Assembly: GCA_944321335.1 (NCBI GenBank)
Contig: CALUKX010000006.1
Span: 7,166 to 71,165, forward strand
Source of the DNA: an uncultured Phocaeicola sp.
GTDB taxonomy: Bacteria > Bacteroidota > Bacteroidia > Bacteroidales > Bacteroidaceae
Reading direction: 5' to 3'
DNA: 64,000 nucleotides
Below the pieces are notes generated by a model. It did not search any database, was not told the DNA's origin, and saw only the letters and a list, made by a program, of their open reading frames with translations. The position numbers and the translations under genes were made by a program. Below are positions 10,491 to 21,000 of the stretch, piece by piece. Position 1 is the stretch's first letter. Each line of letters starts with the position of its first letter.

Positions 10491-11336
10491 GTGCGTAATC
10501 TGCTGAATTTTCTTCTGAAATACAACTATTGGCTGCTTTTTATCATACTTGAAGTGTTTAGCCTTGTGTTGTTGTTCCGGTTCAACAGTTATCAGGGGAG
10601 TGCCTTTTTTACCTCTGCCAATTATGTGTCTGGAATTCTTTATGAAGGAGTAAGTGAGATCACTTCCTATTTTGGTTTGCATACCCTTAACCGTGACCTT
10701 GTGCAACGCAATGTTAAGCTTGAGCTTGAAGTGGAACGGTTGTCTCAAGCCTTGAAGGAATATACAAAAGATACCACTGTAATTTCGCAGATGCGTCGTG
10801 ATGTGCTGCAGGACTATAAAGTGTTCTCGGCACGTGTGGTTAACAATAGTTTGAACAGAACGGACAATTACATTACAATCAATCGAGGCTCATCTGATGG
10901 TGTCTTGCCTGAAATGGGTGTGATAGGCGGTAACGGAGTTGTAGGAATTGTGTATCATACTTCTTCTCATTTTGCGGTTGTCCTTCCAGTTCTAAATTCT
11001 AAAAGTAGCATTAGCTGTAAGATTCATCGGACCGACTATTTTGGCTTGCTGCGTTGGGACGGTGGTGATTCCCAGTATGCGTGGGTAAAGGATGTTCCAC
11101 GTCATTCCGAATTTACTTTGGGAGATACTGTCGTGACCAGTGGACATAGTTCGGTTTTCCCGGAAGGTATTCCCGTTGGAGTAGTAGATGATATGAGTGA
11201 TAGTCATGACGGACTCTCATACTTGCTTAAAGTCCGTCTTTTTACAGATTTTGCACGACTAAATGATGTGTGTGTAATATCTTCTAAGGGACAGAAAGAA
11301 CAAGCAGGATTGGAAGATAGCATCTCGATAAAATAA
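10491..11336 (+). CDS. mreC: Rod shape-determining protein MreC
   Basis: TM plus coiled coil; GDTVVTSG...FPEGIPVG motif; operon position; GTG start. Confidence 0.95.
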   Translation: MRNLLNFLLKYNYWLLFIILEVFSLVLLFRFNSYQGSAFFTSANYVSGILYEGVSEITSYFGLHTLNRDLVQRNVKLELEVERLSQALKEYTKDTTVISQMRRDVLQDYKVFSARVVNNSLNRTDNYITINRGSSDGVLPEMGVIGGNGVVGIVYHTSSHFAVVLPVLNSKSSISCKIHRTDYFGLLRWDGGDSQYAWVKDVPRHSEFTLGDTVVTSGHSSVFPEGIPVGVVDDMSDSHDGLSYLLKVRLFTDFARLNDVCVISSKGQKEQAGLEDSISIK

Positions 11337-11350
11337 TAAAGGAAAGAAGT

Positions 11351-11851
11351 ATGATACAGTTTCTGCATCGTTTGTTATGGTTTGTCATTTTGTTGTTGGT
11401 TCAGGTACTTATCTTGAACCATCTGCATATTGACGGATATGGAACTCCGGTTCTTTTCATCTATTATATTTTTATGTTGAATGCTGAAACTCCACGTATA
11501 TCAGTTATGCTCCAAGCTTTTTGCCTTGGATTGTGTGTAGATATATTCAGTAATACTCCGGGAATGAATGCTTCAGCCTGTACCTTGTTGGCTTTTGTGC
11601 GCCGTGGCCTTCTTGCTTCACAGGTAGACCGTGACATCAATGAGGATTATGAGCCTGGAATCCGTATCATGGGCTTCTGGCCTTTTTCCCGTTATATTTT
11701 TATCGGATCAATTCTATATGTTCTCGTTTGGCAGACAATCGATACATTCTCGTTTTTCCGTATAGGAGAATTGGTTTTCAAAATTTTAGCTAGTACTGCA
11801 ACTACAATGCTTTGCATTTTGTGCGTTGATACTATTAGGAGGAAAAAATAG
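11351..11851 (+). CDS. mreD: Rod shape-determining protein MreD
   Basis: Small hydrophobic protein with GLCVDIFSNTPG, lying between mreC and PBP2. Confidence 0.9.
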   Translation: MIQFLHRLLWFVILLLVQVLILNHLHIDGYGTPVLFIYYIFMLNAETPRISVMLQAFCLGLCVDIFSNTPGMNASACTLLAFVRRGLLASQVDRDINEDYEPGIRIMGFWPFSRYIFIGSILYVLVWQTIDTFSFFRIGELVFKILASTATTMLCILCVDTIRRKK

Positions 11852-13701
11852 TGGATAGAAATTATAATCTGTCAAAACGGCGTTATGTTATAGGAACTGT
11901 AGTACTTTGCGTGGTCATTTTATTTGTCGTGAGGCTTTTCGTTCTTCAGGTTATGACTGATGAGTACAAACAGAATGCTGACAGTAACGCTTTTTTAAGA
12001 AAAATACAATATCCGAGTCGTGGAATTATCTACGATCGTACAGATAAATTGCTGGTTTATAACCAACCGGCCTATGATATTACAGTCATTACAAAAGAGA
12101 TTACTTCCCTTGATACTGCCGATCTTTGCAGGACATTGAAAATTACGCCTGAATTTTTACGGAAGAAGTTCCGTGACATGAAGGATAAACGTCTTAATCC
12201 CGGTTATTCTCCATATACTAATCAGGTTTTGTTGACCCAGCTTTCGGCAGAAGATTGTGGAGTGCTTCAGGAGAAATTGTTCAAGTTTCCGGGATTTTAT
12301 ATCCAACGAAGAACTATACGGCAATATAATTATAATGTAGGGGCTCATATTTTGGGAGATATAGCTGAAGTCTCTAAAGGAGATATGGAGCTTGACGAAT
12401 ATTATCAACCCGGCGATTTCATCGGTAAGTTGGGGGTGGAGCGTTCGTATGAAAAACAGCTGCGAGGTGAGAAAGGTGTAGAAATCTTATTACGTGACGC
12501 GCACGGACGTATTCAGGGGAATTATATGGATGGCAAATATGATAAGGCGCCTATCCCCGGAAAGAATATTACATTAAGTCTTGACATTGAGCTTCAGCAA
12601 TTGGGAGAGCGTCTGCTAGAAGGGAAAATTGGCAGTATAGTGGCCATTGAACCTTCTACGGGAGAGGTGTTGTGTCTGGTTTCTTCTCCTAGTTACGACC
12701 CTCATCTGATGGTAGGTCGCGAACGTGGCAAGAATCATCTTGCAATGTCGCGTAACCCTTGGAAGCCTTTGCTTAACCGTGCCATTATGGGTACCTATCC
12801 TCCCGGGTCTACATTCAAGACCACTCAGGCATTGACCTTTTTGCAGGAAGGGATAATCGTGCCGGGAACCATGTATTCTTGTTCGCATGGGTTTTCTTTC
12901 CGAGGTTTGCATGTCGGCTGCCACGGACATCCTTCACCTTTGCCGTTGATACCGGCTATTGCGACATCATGTAACGGTTATTTCTGTTGGGGGCTTTATC
13001 ACATGATTGGTGCTCGTCAGAAATATGGTTCTGTGCAGAAAGCGATGAATACTTGGCGTGATTATATGGTATCTATGGGGTTCGGATATTCTTTAGGAAT
13101 TGATCTTCCTGGCGAGAAACGAGGAATGATACCGAATGCGAAATTTTATGATAAAGCATATCGAGGCTCATGGAATGGCTTGACTATAATCAGTATTTCC
13201 ATAGGGCAGGGTGAGGTGACAGCAACTCCGTTACAGATGGCCAATTTAGGTGCGACTATTGCTAATCGTGGTTATTTCATCACACCCCATGTCGTAAAAA
13301 AAGTGGAAGGTGAACAGCTTGATAGCCTTTATTTAAAGAAACGTTATACGTTGGTTGAGAAATCGCATTATGAAGAAGTTGCTCAAGGTATGCGTATGGC
13401 CGTTTTGGGAGGAACTTGCCGTGCAGCGAATTTGCCGGACATTGAAATTTGTGGAAAGACCGGTACCGCTCAGAATCATGGAAAAGACCATTCGGCATTT
13501 ATGGGCTTTGCTCCATATCACAATCCTCAGATAGCTGTCGCTGTATATGTGGAAAACGGAGGATGGGGGGCTACTTATGGGGTACCTATCGGTAAGTTGA
13601 TGATTGAAAAATACTTGAAGGGTAAGTTGTCGCCCGAGGATGAAGTTCTGGCAACGGATATTCAAAACAGAAGAATCGATTATGGGCTCGAGGAAAGATA
13701 G
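11851..13701 (+). CDS. mrdA: Penicillin-binding protein 2
   Basis: SxxK (GSTFK), SCN and KTG motifs; N-terminal TM. Confidence 0.95.
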   Translation: MDRNYNLSKRRYVIGTVVLCVVILFVVRLFVLQVMTDEYKQNADSNAFLRKIQYPSRGIIYDRTDKLLVYNQPAYDITVITKEITSLDTADLCRTLKITPEFLRKKFRDMKDKRLNPGYSPYTNQVLLTQLSAEDCGVLQEKLFKFPGFYIQRRTIRQYNYNVGAHILGDIAEVSKGDMELDEYYQPGDFIGKLGVERSYEKQLRGEKGVEILLRDAHGRIQGNYMDGKYDKAPIPGKNITLSLDIELQQLGERLLEGKIGSIVAIEPSTGEVLCLVSSPSYDPHLMVGRERGKNHLAMSRNPWKPLLNRAIMGTYPPGSTFKTTQALTFLQEGIIVPGTMYSCSHGFSFRGLHVGCHGHPSPLPLIPAIATSCNGYFCWGLYHMIGARQKYGSVQKAMNTWRDYMVSMGFGYSLGIDLPGEKRGMIPNAKFYDKAYRGSWNGLTIISISIGQGEVTATPLQMANLGATIANRGYFITPHVVKKVEGEQLDSLYLKKRYTLVEKSHYEEVAQGMRMAVLGGTCRAANLPDIEICGKTGTAQNHGKDHSAFMGFAPYHNPQIAVAVYVENGGWGATYGVPIGKLMIEKYLKGKLSPEDEVLATDIQNRRIDYGLEER

Positions 13702-15136
13702 TTTGTGGAAGACGCTTGATTGGTGGACTATCGGCTTGTATCTGGTTTTGGTAGTCTGTGGATGGTTCAGCATTTGTGGAGCCAGTTATGACTATGGAGA
13801 TCCGAATTTCTTTGACTTTGGGACTCGAGCCGGTAAACAGTTGATGTGGATTGGATGTTCGCTAGGCTTGGGTTTTGTTCTGCTTATGTTGGAAGATCGC
13901 ATATATGATACCTATGCGTATTTGATTTTCGGTGTCATGTTGCTGCTGTTGTTCGGGACAATCTTTAACCCTCATGAGATAAAAGGCTCCAGATCATGGA
14001 TCGTGTTGGGGCCGGTGAGCTTGCAGCCGGCAGAATTTGCTAAATTTGCTACAGCATTGGCTTTGGCAAAATACATGAGCGAATATTCCTACAATATGGA
14101 GCGGTTCAAGCATATGGTTATTACTTTAGCCATCATTTTTGTACCGATGATTCTGATCGTGTGTCAGAAGGAAACCGGTTCGGCCTTGGTATATTTGTCG
14201 TTCTTCCTGGTGTTGTATCGTGAAGGGATGACAGGCTCAATCTTGTTTGCTGGTGTATGTGCTGTCATTTACTTTATAATAGGTATCCGTTTCAGTGCTG
14301 AGATGATGCCCGATGGAATGACTTTGTGGGGTGAATTCGCTGTCTTAGGATTGGTCGTGATATTTACCGCATTGTTGGTAGAAGCATATGGTAAAGTCGG
14401 AAACCGGGCTTCTTTATATATAGGGGTATGCGGATGTGGCACTATTCTTCTGGGATTACTTTTTTCACTTTATGTGATTCCATTTAATGTGGGCATATTG
14501 GAAATTGTTGTCTGCTCGGTGATGGGTATTTATTTAATCTATCTTTTTTTGCATGAGCGTATTCGTAACTACCTGTATATCTTGTTTTTTTCGATTTGTT
14601 CTATCGGATTCCTCTTTTCAGCCGACTATGTATTCAATAATGTGTTGGAACCTCACCAACAGATTCGTATTAAAGTGTTGCTGGGTATGGAGGATGATCC
14701 TACTGGAGCCGGATATAATGTGAATCAAAGCAAGATTGCTATCGGCTCAGGTGGACTTACAGGGAAAGGTTTTTTGAATGGAACACAGACCAAGTTGAAG
14801 TATGTACCCGAACAGGATACTGACTTCATATTTTGTACCGTAGGTGAGGAACAGGGATTTGTTGGTTCGGTTATTGTTGTCCTGCTTTTCGCTATATTGA
14901 TATGGCGTTTGATTCATTTGGCTGAAAGGCAGACGTCACGTTTCGGAAGGGTGTATGGGTATAGTGTGTTAAGTATATTCTTTTTCCATCTTTTTGTCAA
15001 TATAGGCATGGTTTTGGGGCTTACTCCCGTCATAGGGATTCCGCTTCCTTTTTTCAGTTACGGAGGGTCTTCACTTTGGGGATTTACCATTCTTTTATTT
15101 GTGTTTCTTCGGATTGATGCTGCTAGGGAAAGATAA
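13682..15136 (+). CDS. rodA: Rod shape-determining SEDS glycosyltransferase RodA
   Basis: SLQPAEFAK, PEQDTDFIF and PLPFFSYGGSS motifs; likely start MGSRKD at 13682. Confidence 0.95.
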   Translation: MGSRKDSLWKTLDWWTIGLYLVLVVCGWFSICGASYDYGDPNFFDFGTRAGKQLMWIGCSLGLGFVLLMLEDRIYDTYAYLIFGVMLLLLFGTIFNPHEIKGSRSWIVLGPVSLQPAEFAKFATALALAKYMSEYSYNMERFKHMVITLAIIFVPMILIVCQKETGSALVYLSFFLVLYREGMTGSILFAGVCAVIYFIIGIRFSAEMMPDGMTLWGEFAVLGLVVIFTALLVEAYGKVGNRASLYIGVCGCGTILLGLLFSLYVIPFNVGILEIVVCSVMGIYLIYLFLHERIRNYLYILFFSICSIGFLFSADYVFNNVLEPHQQIRIKVLLGMEDDPTGAGYNVNQSKIAIGSGGLTGKGFLNGTQTKLKYVPEQDTDFIFCTVGEEQGFVGSVIVVLLFAILIWRLIHLAERQTSRFGRVYGYSVLSIFFFHLFVNIGMVLGLTPVIGIPLPFFSYGGSSLWGFTILLFVFLRIDAARER

Positions 15137-15601
15137 ACGGATCCCGACATCTGAAATGCCTGGTAGCGGGTTGTGTCGCATGATGTGTACCAGACGGAGC
15201 ACGCTGTCTCCAGGCAGAAGTGATATCTCTGCTTCTTTTGTGATATGTTGGTATAAACTTCCTGAATTGCCTGACCCGTTCCAATTGCCTTTTTCATCTG
15301 CCAGCTGTATATGAAGGCGCTGTATGGATTTGTCGGGTGAAACTCCATGAATCAGTTCCATCCATATGTCTTGATACGGGTAGAGTTCATTGTGTCGGAT
15401 CCCTATTTCCAGATTATATGTTTGTCCGGTTATACTGTCGGGAATTGTAAAGGTTAGAGTATCTGATTTTTCCCAATCCAATCCTTTGACAGCTTCGTAG
15501 TGGTAATAGGCCGTATTCCCATCCGTACAAGCTGTACTGATACCCGATAGAAATAATGTAATGCCGATAATATAAAAATATTTTAAGGGGATACGGTTCA
15601 T
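15095..15601 (-). CDS. gldH: GldH family lipoprotein
   Basis: Lipobox STAC; WEKSDTLTF, YPYQDIW, LADEKGNWNGSG and PLPGISDVG motifs typical of GldH. Confidence 0.85.
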   Translation of the reverse strand: MNRIPLKYFYIIGITLFLSGISTACTDGNTAYYHYEAVKGLDWEKSDTLTFTIPDSITGQTYNLEIGIRHNELYPYQDIWMELIHGVSPDKSIQRLHIQLADEKGNWNGSGNSGSLYQHITKEAEISLLPGDSVLRLVHIMRHNPLPGISDVGIRLSFPSSINPKKHK

Positions 15602-15726
15602 AACTATTTTCTTTTTTACAGGAAAAGTTCATGTGTTTATTTTTTAGTAGGAAAAGCATGACAGAAAAGGTTTATCACCCAATTCTACCATGCTTTTCTA
15701 ATATTTTTCCCGGACTTTCCCGATGT

Positions 15727-17256
15727 TTATTCTGCAGGTGAATTGTTTACATCGTTACGGTTTCCCTCATCGCCATTGTTCTTACGTGATTGGCGGTTAC
15801 GGTTGCGGTTATTTTTGTTACGATTGTTATTACGTGATTCACGACGTTCACCTTGCCGTTGGTTTCCCGCATTTTCAGTGCTATCAGTCTGTTGACGGCC
15901 TTGTTGCTTTGGTTTGTTATTCGGTACTTGTACAGGTAGCTGTCGTTGAGGCTTTTGCTGTACTGCTACTTGCCGCTGTTTGGGCTGCTGTACTGCCGGA
16001 AGTTGTTTCTCCTGTCGTTCTTCGGTTCCCTGGCGTTTCTGCTGTTGGTTATTTTCTTGATTGCCATTCCGTCCGTTACGGTCTTTCCGCTTTTCGTTAG
16101 GGCGTGCCTCTTGACGCTGATCGTCACCTGTGTTTTCTTGCTTATTTTCAGATGTCTGACGATCGGTCAATTTACGTTTCTTTTTGTTGCGTGCATTCCG
16201 GCTCTTGTCAAAACGTGTAAGACTTTCCTGTTCAAGCAGGTCTTTTGAACGACCTTCCTCTTCATGTCCGTCGTCTTGTAATTTTTCCGGTTTCTCACCG
16301 TTACGGTTCATGTTTATAATTTCAAAAGCGCGGCGGGCAGTAATGGTAGCTTCGTTTGCCAGGAAGCTCTTGTCTGTCGAATATGTAATTGTACCTTTTA
16401 GAATGTCGGCCTTGAAGTAGTAATACGTAGCATCCAAAGTCTGCAATTCTATTTCTTTGCTAGGCAGACGTTTCTGACATTCAACGTATGCATCGACTTC
16501 ATAGTTTAGGCAGCATTTCAATTTTGCACATTGACCTGCAAGCTTTTGAGGATTCAAGGATATATCCTGATAGCGTGCGGCACTTGTTGAGACTGAGATA
16601 AAATTAGTCATCCATGTGGCACAACACAATTCACGGCCACACGGACCGATACCTCCTATGCGTCCGGCTTCCTGACGCGCTCCAATCTGTTTCATTTCAA
16701 TACGGACACGGAATACTTCTGCCAATACTTTGATAAGTTGGCGGAAGTCTACACGTTCATCGGCTATGTAGTAGAAAATAGCCTTGTTTCCGTCACCTTG
16801 GTATTCCACGTCACCGATTTTCATCTGTAAACCCAAGTCGGCCGCAATTTGACGAGAACGTATCATTGTATCATGTTCACGTTTCTTTGCTTCGGCATAT
16901 TTCTCCATGTCTACAGGTTTTGCCTTTCGGTAGACACGTTTGATTTCCACGTCGGGTTTCAAGTTGGCTTTAGCCATCTGGAGCGGAACTAATCGTCCGG
17001 TAAGTGTGACGGTACCTATATCGTGTCCGGGACTGGCTTCCACTGCTACAATATCACCTTTTTCAAGTTTTAGCTTGTTGCTGTTTTTGTAGTATCCCTT
17101 GCGGGTATTCTTGAACTGAACCTCAACCATGTCTTGTTCCTCGGTGTTACCGGGAATATCGGCCAGCCAGTCGTAAGTGTTCAGCTTGTTATCTTGTCGT
17201 CCGCAGCCTCTGCAGCACAGTGAGCCGCTTCCGTTTTTCAATATAAATTTGCTCAT
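15727..17256 (-). CDS. ricT: PSP1-domain Fe-S protein (RicT/YaaT-like) with a long low-complexity C-tail
   Basis: RVDFRQLIK, IEMKQIGARQEA, GPCGRELCC and GQCAKLKCCLNYE motifs; downstream of holB. Confidence 0.88.
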   Translation of the reverse strand: MSKFILKNGSGSLCCRGCGRQDNKLNTYDWLADIPGNTEEQDMVEVQFKNTRKGYYKNSNKLKLEKGDIVAVEASPGHDIGTVTLTGRLVPLQMAKANLKPDVEIKRVYRKAKPVDMEKYAEAKKREHDTMIRSRQIAADLGLQMKIGDVEYQGDGNKAIFYYIADERVDFRQLIKVLAEVFRVRIEMKQIGARQEAGRIGGIGPCGRELCCATWMTNFISVSTSAARYQDISLNPQKLAGQCAKLKCCLNYEVDAYVECQKRLPSKEIELQTLDATYYYFKADILKGTITYSTDKSFLANEATITARRAFEIINMNRNGEKPEKLQDDGHEEEGRSKDLLEQESLTRFDKSRNARNKKKRKLTDRQTSENKQENTGDDQRQEARPNEKRKDRNGRNGNQENNQQQKRQGTEERQEKQLPAVQQPKQRQVAVQQKPQRQLPVQVPNNKPKQQGRQQTDSTENAGNQRQGERRESRNNNRNKNNRNRNRQSRKNNGDEGNRNDVNNSPAE

Positions 17257-17300
17257 ATCGATATATATTATAGTCGGATGTCCTTGTTCAGACTCCGGAA

Positions 17301-18428
17301 TTATTGTTTCAATAAAACAATCATCTTCAGTGCAAAGTCGAAGAAGACGATCTTAGGATTAGCGTTTTGCTCGATGTGGAGCTGTGCTTCCTGTAGTTCA
17401 TCCATGATACCGATGACGTTTCTTTCGGAAACGAATGGTGCAAAACGCGTAGCGAACTGTTGTTCTTCTCGCCCCATATACACCATTCCCGGGCAATGGA
17501 AATTATAGATGAAGTTTTCACGTATCATGCGTTGACAGTATGTCAGCAAGTTTTTCTGGCGTTCACGCCCCATAGCTGCAACCTGTTCGCTCCACGCTTT
17601 CATTTCTTTGAGTCGTCGTGCATACGATAATCGCATGAGTGAAGTGAACAATTCGAAAAACAGCTTTTCCTCTTCTCCCAAATGAATGTTCTCCAAAGCA
17701 CGAAGTACACTGCCTTCAGAACGGTGTGCGATATCGGCTGCATCATCGGGTTGAAGCATGTATCTTGTACAGAGCATTTGAGCCAGTTCATTTTCTGCCA
17801 CGGGTTGCAAGTTGATGAGTTGCAATCGGCTGAGCAAGGTTGGCAAAATCTGTTCGGGATTCTCACTTACCCAAAGAAATACAGTCTTTTCAGGTGGTTC
17901 TTCCAATAACTTGAGGAGTTTGTTTCCACAATCGACGTTCATTTTTTCGGGTAACCATACAATCATGATCTTGTACCCTCCCTGGCTGGCCTTGAGTGAA
18001 AGTTTACGTATCATTTCGTCGCTTTCTTTCACATAAATGATGGGTTGTTGGTTTTCTGCTTCCATCCTTGCCATCCAGTCTTTGAACGAAAAGTAAGGTG
18101 AATCGAGTACCTGTTGCCGCCATCGGTCGATATAGTCATCTGATACCGGAGCTTTAGAGTCTTTTTTCTTCTTCACTACGGGGAAGACATAATGAACGTC
18201 GGGATGCACCAACTTGTTCATCTTGATGCAGGAAGGACAATGTCCGCATGCGTCATCCGGTCCTGGATTCTCGCAACATAGATAGCGGGCAAATGCGATA
18301 GCCAACGGCAGCTTTCCCGTACCATCCTTGCCTGAAAGCAGTATGGCATGGGGGATGCGACTTTCCCTAACCATCGTAAGCAGCCTTTGTTTGGCTTCGG
18401 CTTGTCCTATAACGTCCTTGAAATACAT
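17301..18428 (-). CDS. holB: DNA polymerase III delta-prime subunit
   Basis: IPHAILLSG..GTGK, zinc motif C..CGHCPSC, HPD, and NKLLKLLEEPP. Confidence 0.92.
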   Translation of the reverse strand: MYFKDVIGQAEAKQRLLTMVRESRIPHAILLSGKDGTGKLPLAIAFARYLCCENPGPDDACGHCPSCIKMNKLVHPDVHYVFPVVKKKKDSKAPVSDDYIDRWRQQVLDSPYFSFKDWMARMEAENQQPIIYVKESDEMIRKLSLKASQGGYKIMIVWLPEKMNVDCGNKLLKLLEEPPEKTVFLWVSENPEQILPTLLSRLQLINLQPVAENELAQMLCTRYMLQPDDAADIAHRSEGSVLRALENIHLGEEEKLFFELFTSLMRLSYARRLKEMKAWSEQVAAMGRERQKNLLTYCQRMIRENFIYNFHCPGMVYMGREEQQFATRFAPFVSERNVIGIMDELQEAQLHIEQNANPKIVFFDFALKMIVLLKQ

Positions 18429-18434
18429 AGTGGT

Positions 18435-19388
18435 TTAGAAAATCTCCTTGGCTACACGTCGGACACTGTCGACTGCGCTGATGGTATAGAAATGGATACT
18501 TGGCACACCGTGAGCAATCAGCTCCTTGCACTGATGGATACACCATTCTGTACCCAACTGATGCGCTTCCTCGTCGGTTTTGCACTTCATTGCTTCGATT
18601 GCCAGCTCCTGTGGCATGTCAACCTTGAATGTCTTCGGGATCATGGTAATCTGCGAAAGTTTGCTGAAAGGTTTTATACCCGGAATGATAGGTACATCGA
18701 TACCTTCTTTGCGGACACGTTCAACAAAATCGAAATATTTCTGATTGTCGTAGAAGAGCTGGGTAACGGCATATTCGGCTCCAGCCTCAATCTTCTTCTT
18801 CAGCCAGTAGATGTCCTGATCCATATTCATCGCCTCTTCGTGTTTCTCCGGATAGCATGCTACACCATAACTGAAAGGCTGGCCCAATGTTTTCATAGGC
18901 GAACCGTCGATGAAAATACCCTTGTTGAAGTTGTTTACCTGCTCTTCGAGTTCCAATGCATGGCTGAAACCTCCCGGTTCGGGAATGAAATGCGATTCGT
19001 GTTTGGCCTTGTCACCGCGCATTACCAACAAATCGGTAATACCCAGGAACTGCAGGTCGAGTAACATGTATTCAGTATCTTCACGTGTGAATCCGCTACA
19101 AAGCATGTGGGGTACAACAGTGATGTTGTACTTGTTCTTGATTGCGGCGGCTACTGCTACTGTTCCGGGACGACGGCGCACACGCTTACGCTCGAACAAT
19201 CCGTTGCCCAAGTCGTTGTAGATATACTCACTCCGGTGTGTAGTGATATTAATGTATTTCGGGTCGAATTCGCGGAGCGAATCGATAGTTTGAAACAGCT
19301 TTTCGATGCCGGTCCCTTTCAACGGAGGAAGAACTTCGAATGAAAAGGCGGTCTTGTCCTGTGATTTTATTAAGTCAATTACTCTCAT
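18435..19388 (-). CDS. metF: Methylenetetrahydrofolate reductase
   Basis: FSFEVLPP, ACYPEKH, VTQLFYD and IHFYT motifs. Confidence 0.95.
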   Translation of the reverse strand: MRVIDLIKSQDKTAFSFEVLPPLKGTGIEKLFQTIDSLREFDPKYINITTHRSEYIYNDLGNGLFERKRVRRRPGTVAVAAAIKNKYNITVVPHMLCSGFTREDTEYMLLDLQFLGITDLLVMRGDKAKHESHFIPEPGGFSHALELEEQVNNFNKGIFIDGSPMKTLGQPFSYGVACYPEKHEEAMNMDQDIYWLKKKIEAGAEYAVTQLFYDNQKYFDFVERVRKEGIDVPIIPGIKPFSKLSQITMIPKTFKVDMPQELAIEAMKCKTDEEAHQLGTEWCIHQCKELIAHGVPSIHFYTISAVDSVRRVAKEIF

Positions 19389-19497
19389 TTCGTTATATCT
19401 GTGCCTATTCGGCCTAAATTACATATTTGGCAAAAATAACAAAATTCTCGTACTTATAGGGCAAGAAAGCCATTTTTTTCACTTCCGCCGAAGTGTT

Positions 19498-20820
19498 TTA
19501 GATAACGGGGACAAACAGATGTGCGAACCATCCCCAAAGACGTTTGAATACAGAACGCTTTTTGTATACTTCTTTAGTAAGTACCGTACTGTTCAGCTTA
19601 TCCTGCTTGAACATTTGAGTCAGTTCGTCGGTGGTTTTAAGGTCGAAGATGAACGAGTTTATTTCATAATCGTAACGGAGGCTACGACTGTTGAGATTTG
19701 TACTTCCTACCGTACAGAACCTGTCGTCGACCATCATTATTTTGGAGTGATGGAATCCGCCGTTGTAGATATAAATATGGGCTCCTTTTTTACGTAGCTT
19801 GTTGACTATATACATGGCTGCATCGGGGGTGAAGGGAATATCCGATTTGCCGGGAATCATGATTTCTACCCGAACCCCTCTCTTGATGGCATCTTCAAGG
19901 GCGCGGCGGATACAACGGATGGGGGTGAAATAAGGATTGATGATTTCAATCTTTTGCTGTGCCGAATTGATTGCAGCTATATAGGCTTCACGCATTGCTT
20001 TCGGAGCTTTGTGCGGGATTCGTTGTACAATGGCGACCTGTCCGCCGGCATGGGTAGGAGGGGCATTGAGCGAATCCTGACTATAGGGGAACAGTTCATT
20101 CCCATCGATATGCTGATGGGTTTCATCGTTCCAGGTCTTGAGAAACGCTTCCTGAAGTTTGGCTACAATAGGTCCTTTAAACCGTACATGCATATCGCGC
20201 CACGGACCGATTTCCGGAAGGCCGTTGATGTAGTAATCGGCTACATTCATTCCTCCGGTATAACCCACTTTTCCGTCAATGACTACAATCTTCTGATGGT
20301 CGCGGCTGAAGGCATGGTTGATGTAAGGAAAGGTGAACGGATCGAAGATGACGATTTCAATACCTTCGTCGTGCAGTGCCTTTACGTGTTTCTTGCGTAA
20401 CGGACGGTTGTTCGACATATTGCCGAAGGCATCATATATTGCCCGTACTTTGACCCCATCATGGACCTTGTCTCCCAACAAGTCGAACAAAGCGCCAGCT
20501 ATGGAGTCGTTTCTGAAATTGAAGTATTCGAGATGGATGCTGCTTTGAGCTTTACGGATTTCCTCGAACATAACGTTGAACTTCTCTCTGCCGCTGGTGA
20601 GCAGTTGAATCTCATTGTTGTTTACTATCTGATAATTCTTGCTTCGGAGCCAGTTGGCAAAGACCGAATCGGCAGGCATCCAACGTCGGGTAGTATCGTT
20701 TTTTTCTGGAATGTTCCGATTTTCGGCATACAATGGTCCATTTGCCAAGATACTTCCTGCGAAAATTAGCAGAAAGGAGAAAAGCCAAGTCTTTAATAGC
20801 TTATAGTATAGCGGATTCAT
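19498..20820 (-). CDS. cls: Cardiolipin synthase-like phospholipase D family protein
   Basis: Two HKD motifs (HQKIVVID, HSKIMMVD); WRDMH and VGSTN motifs. Confidence 0.85.
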   Translation of the reverse strand: MNPLYYKLLKTWLFSFLLIFAGSILANGPLYAENRNIPEKNDTTRRWMPADSVFANWLRSKNYQIVNNNEIQLLTSGREKFNVMFEEIRKAQSSIHLEYFNFRNDSIAGALFDLLGDKVHDGVKVRAIYDAFGNMSNNRPLRKKHVKALHDEGIEIVIFDPFTFPYINHAFSRDHQKIVVIDGKVGYTGGMNVADYYINGLPEIGPWRDMHVRFKGPIVAKLQEAFLKTWNDETHQHIDGNELFPYSQDSLNAPPTHAGGQVAIVQRIPHKAPKAMREAYIAAINSAQQKIEIINPYFTPIRCIRRALEDAIKRGVRVEIMIPGKSDIPFTPDAAMYIVNKLRKKGAHIYIYNGGFHHSKIMMVDDRFCTVGSTNLNSRSLRYDYEINSFIFDLKTTDELTQMFKQDKLNSTVLTKEVYKKRSVFKRLWGWFAHLFVPVI

Positions 20821-21000
20821 CTAATTTTATTGGTTAATGGGCGCAAAAATATTCAATTCTCTTTAAAATAACACATGAATGGACATTGTTTTGAGTTGTT
20901 TGTTACGATTTTACTGCAATTTCACAAAAAATGACTTGTTTTTGTCATAAGTAATGTGGAAGGATACAACGCGATGCTGATATACTGAAGCGTTTTGACG

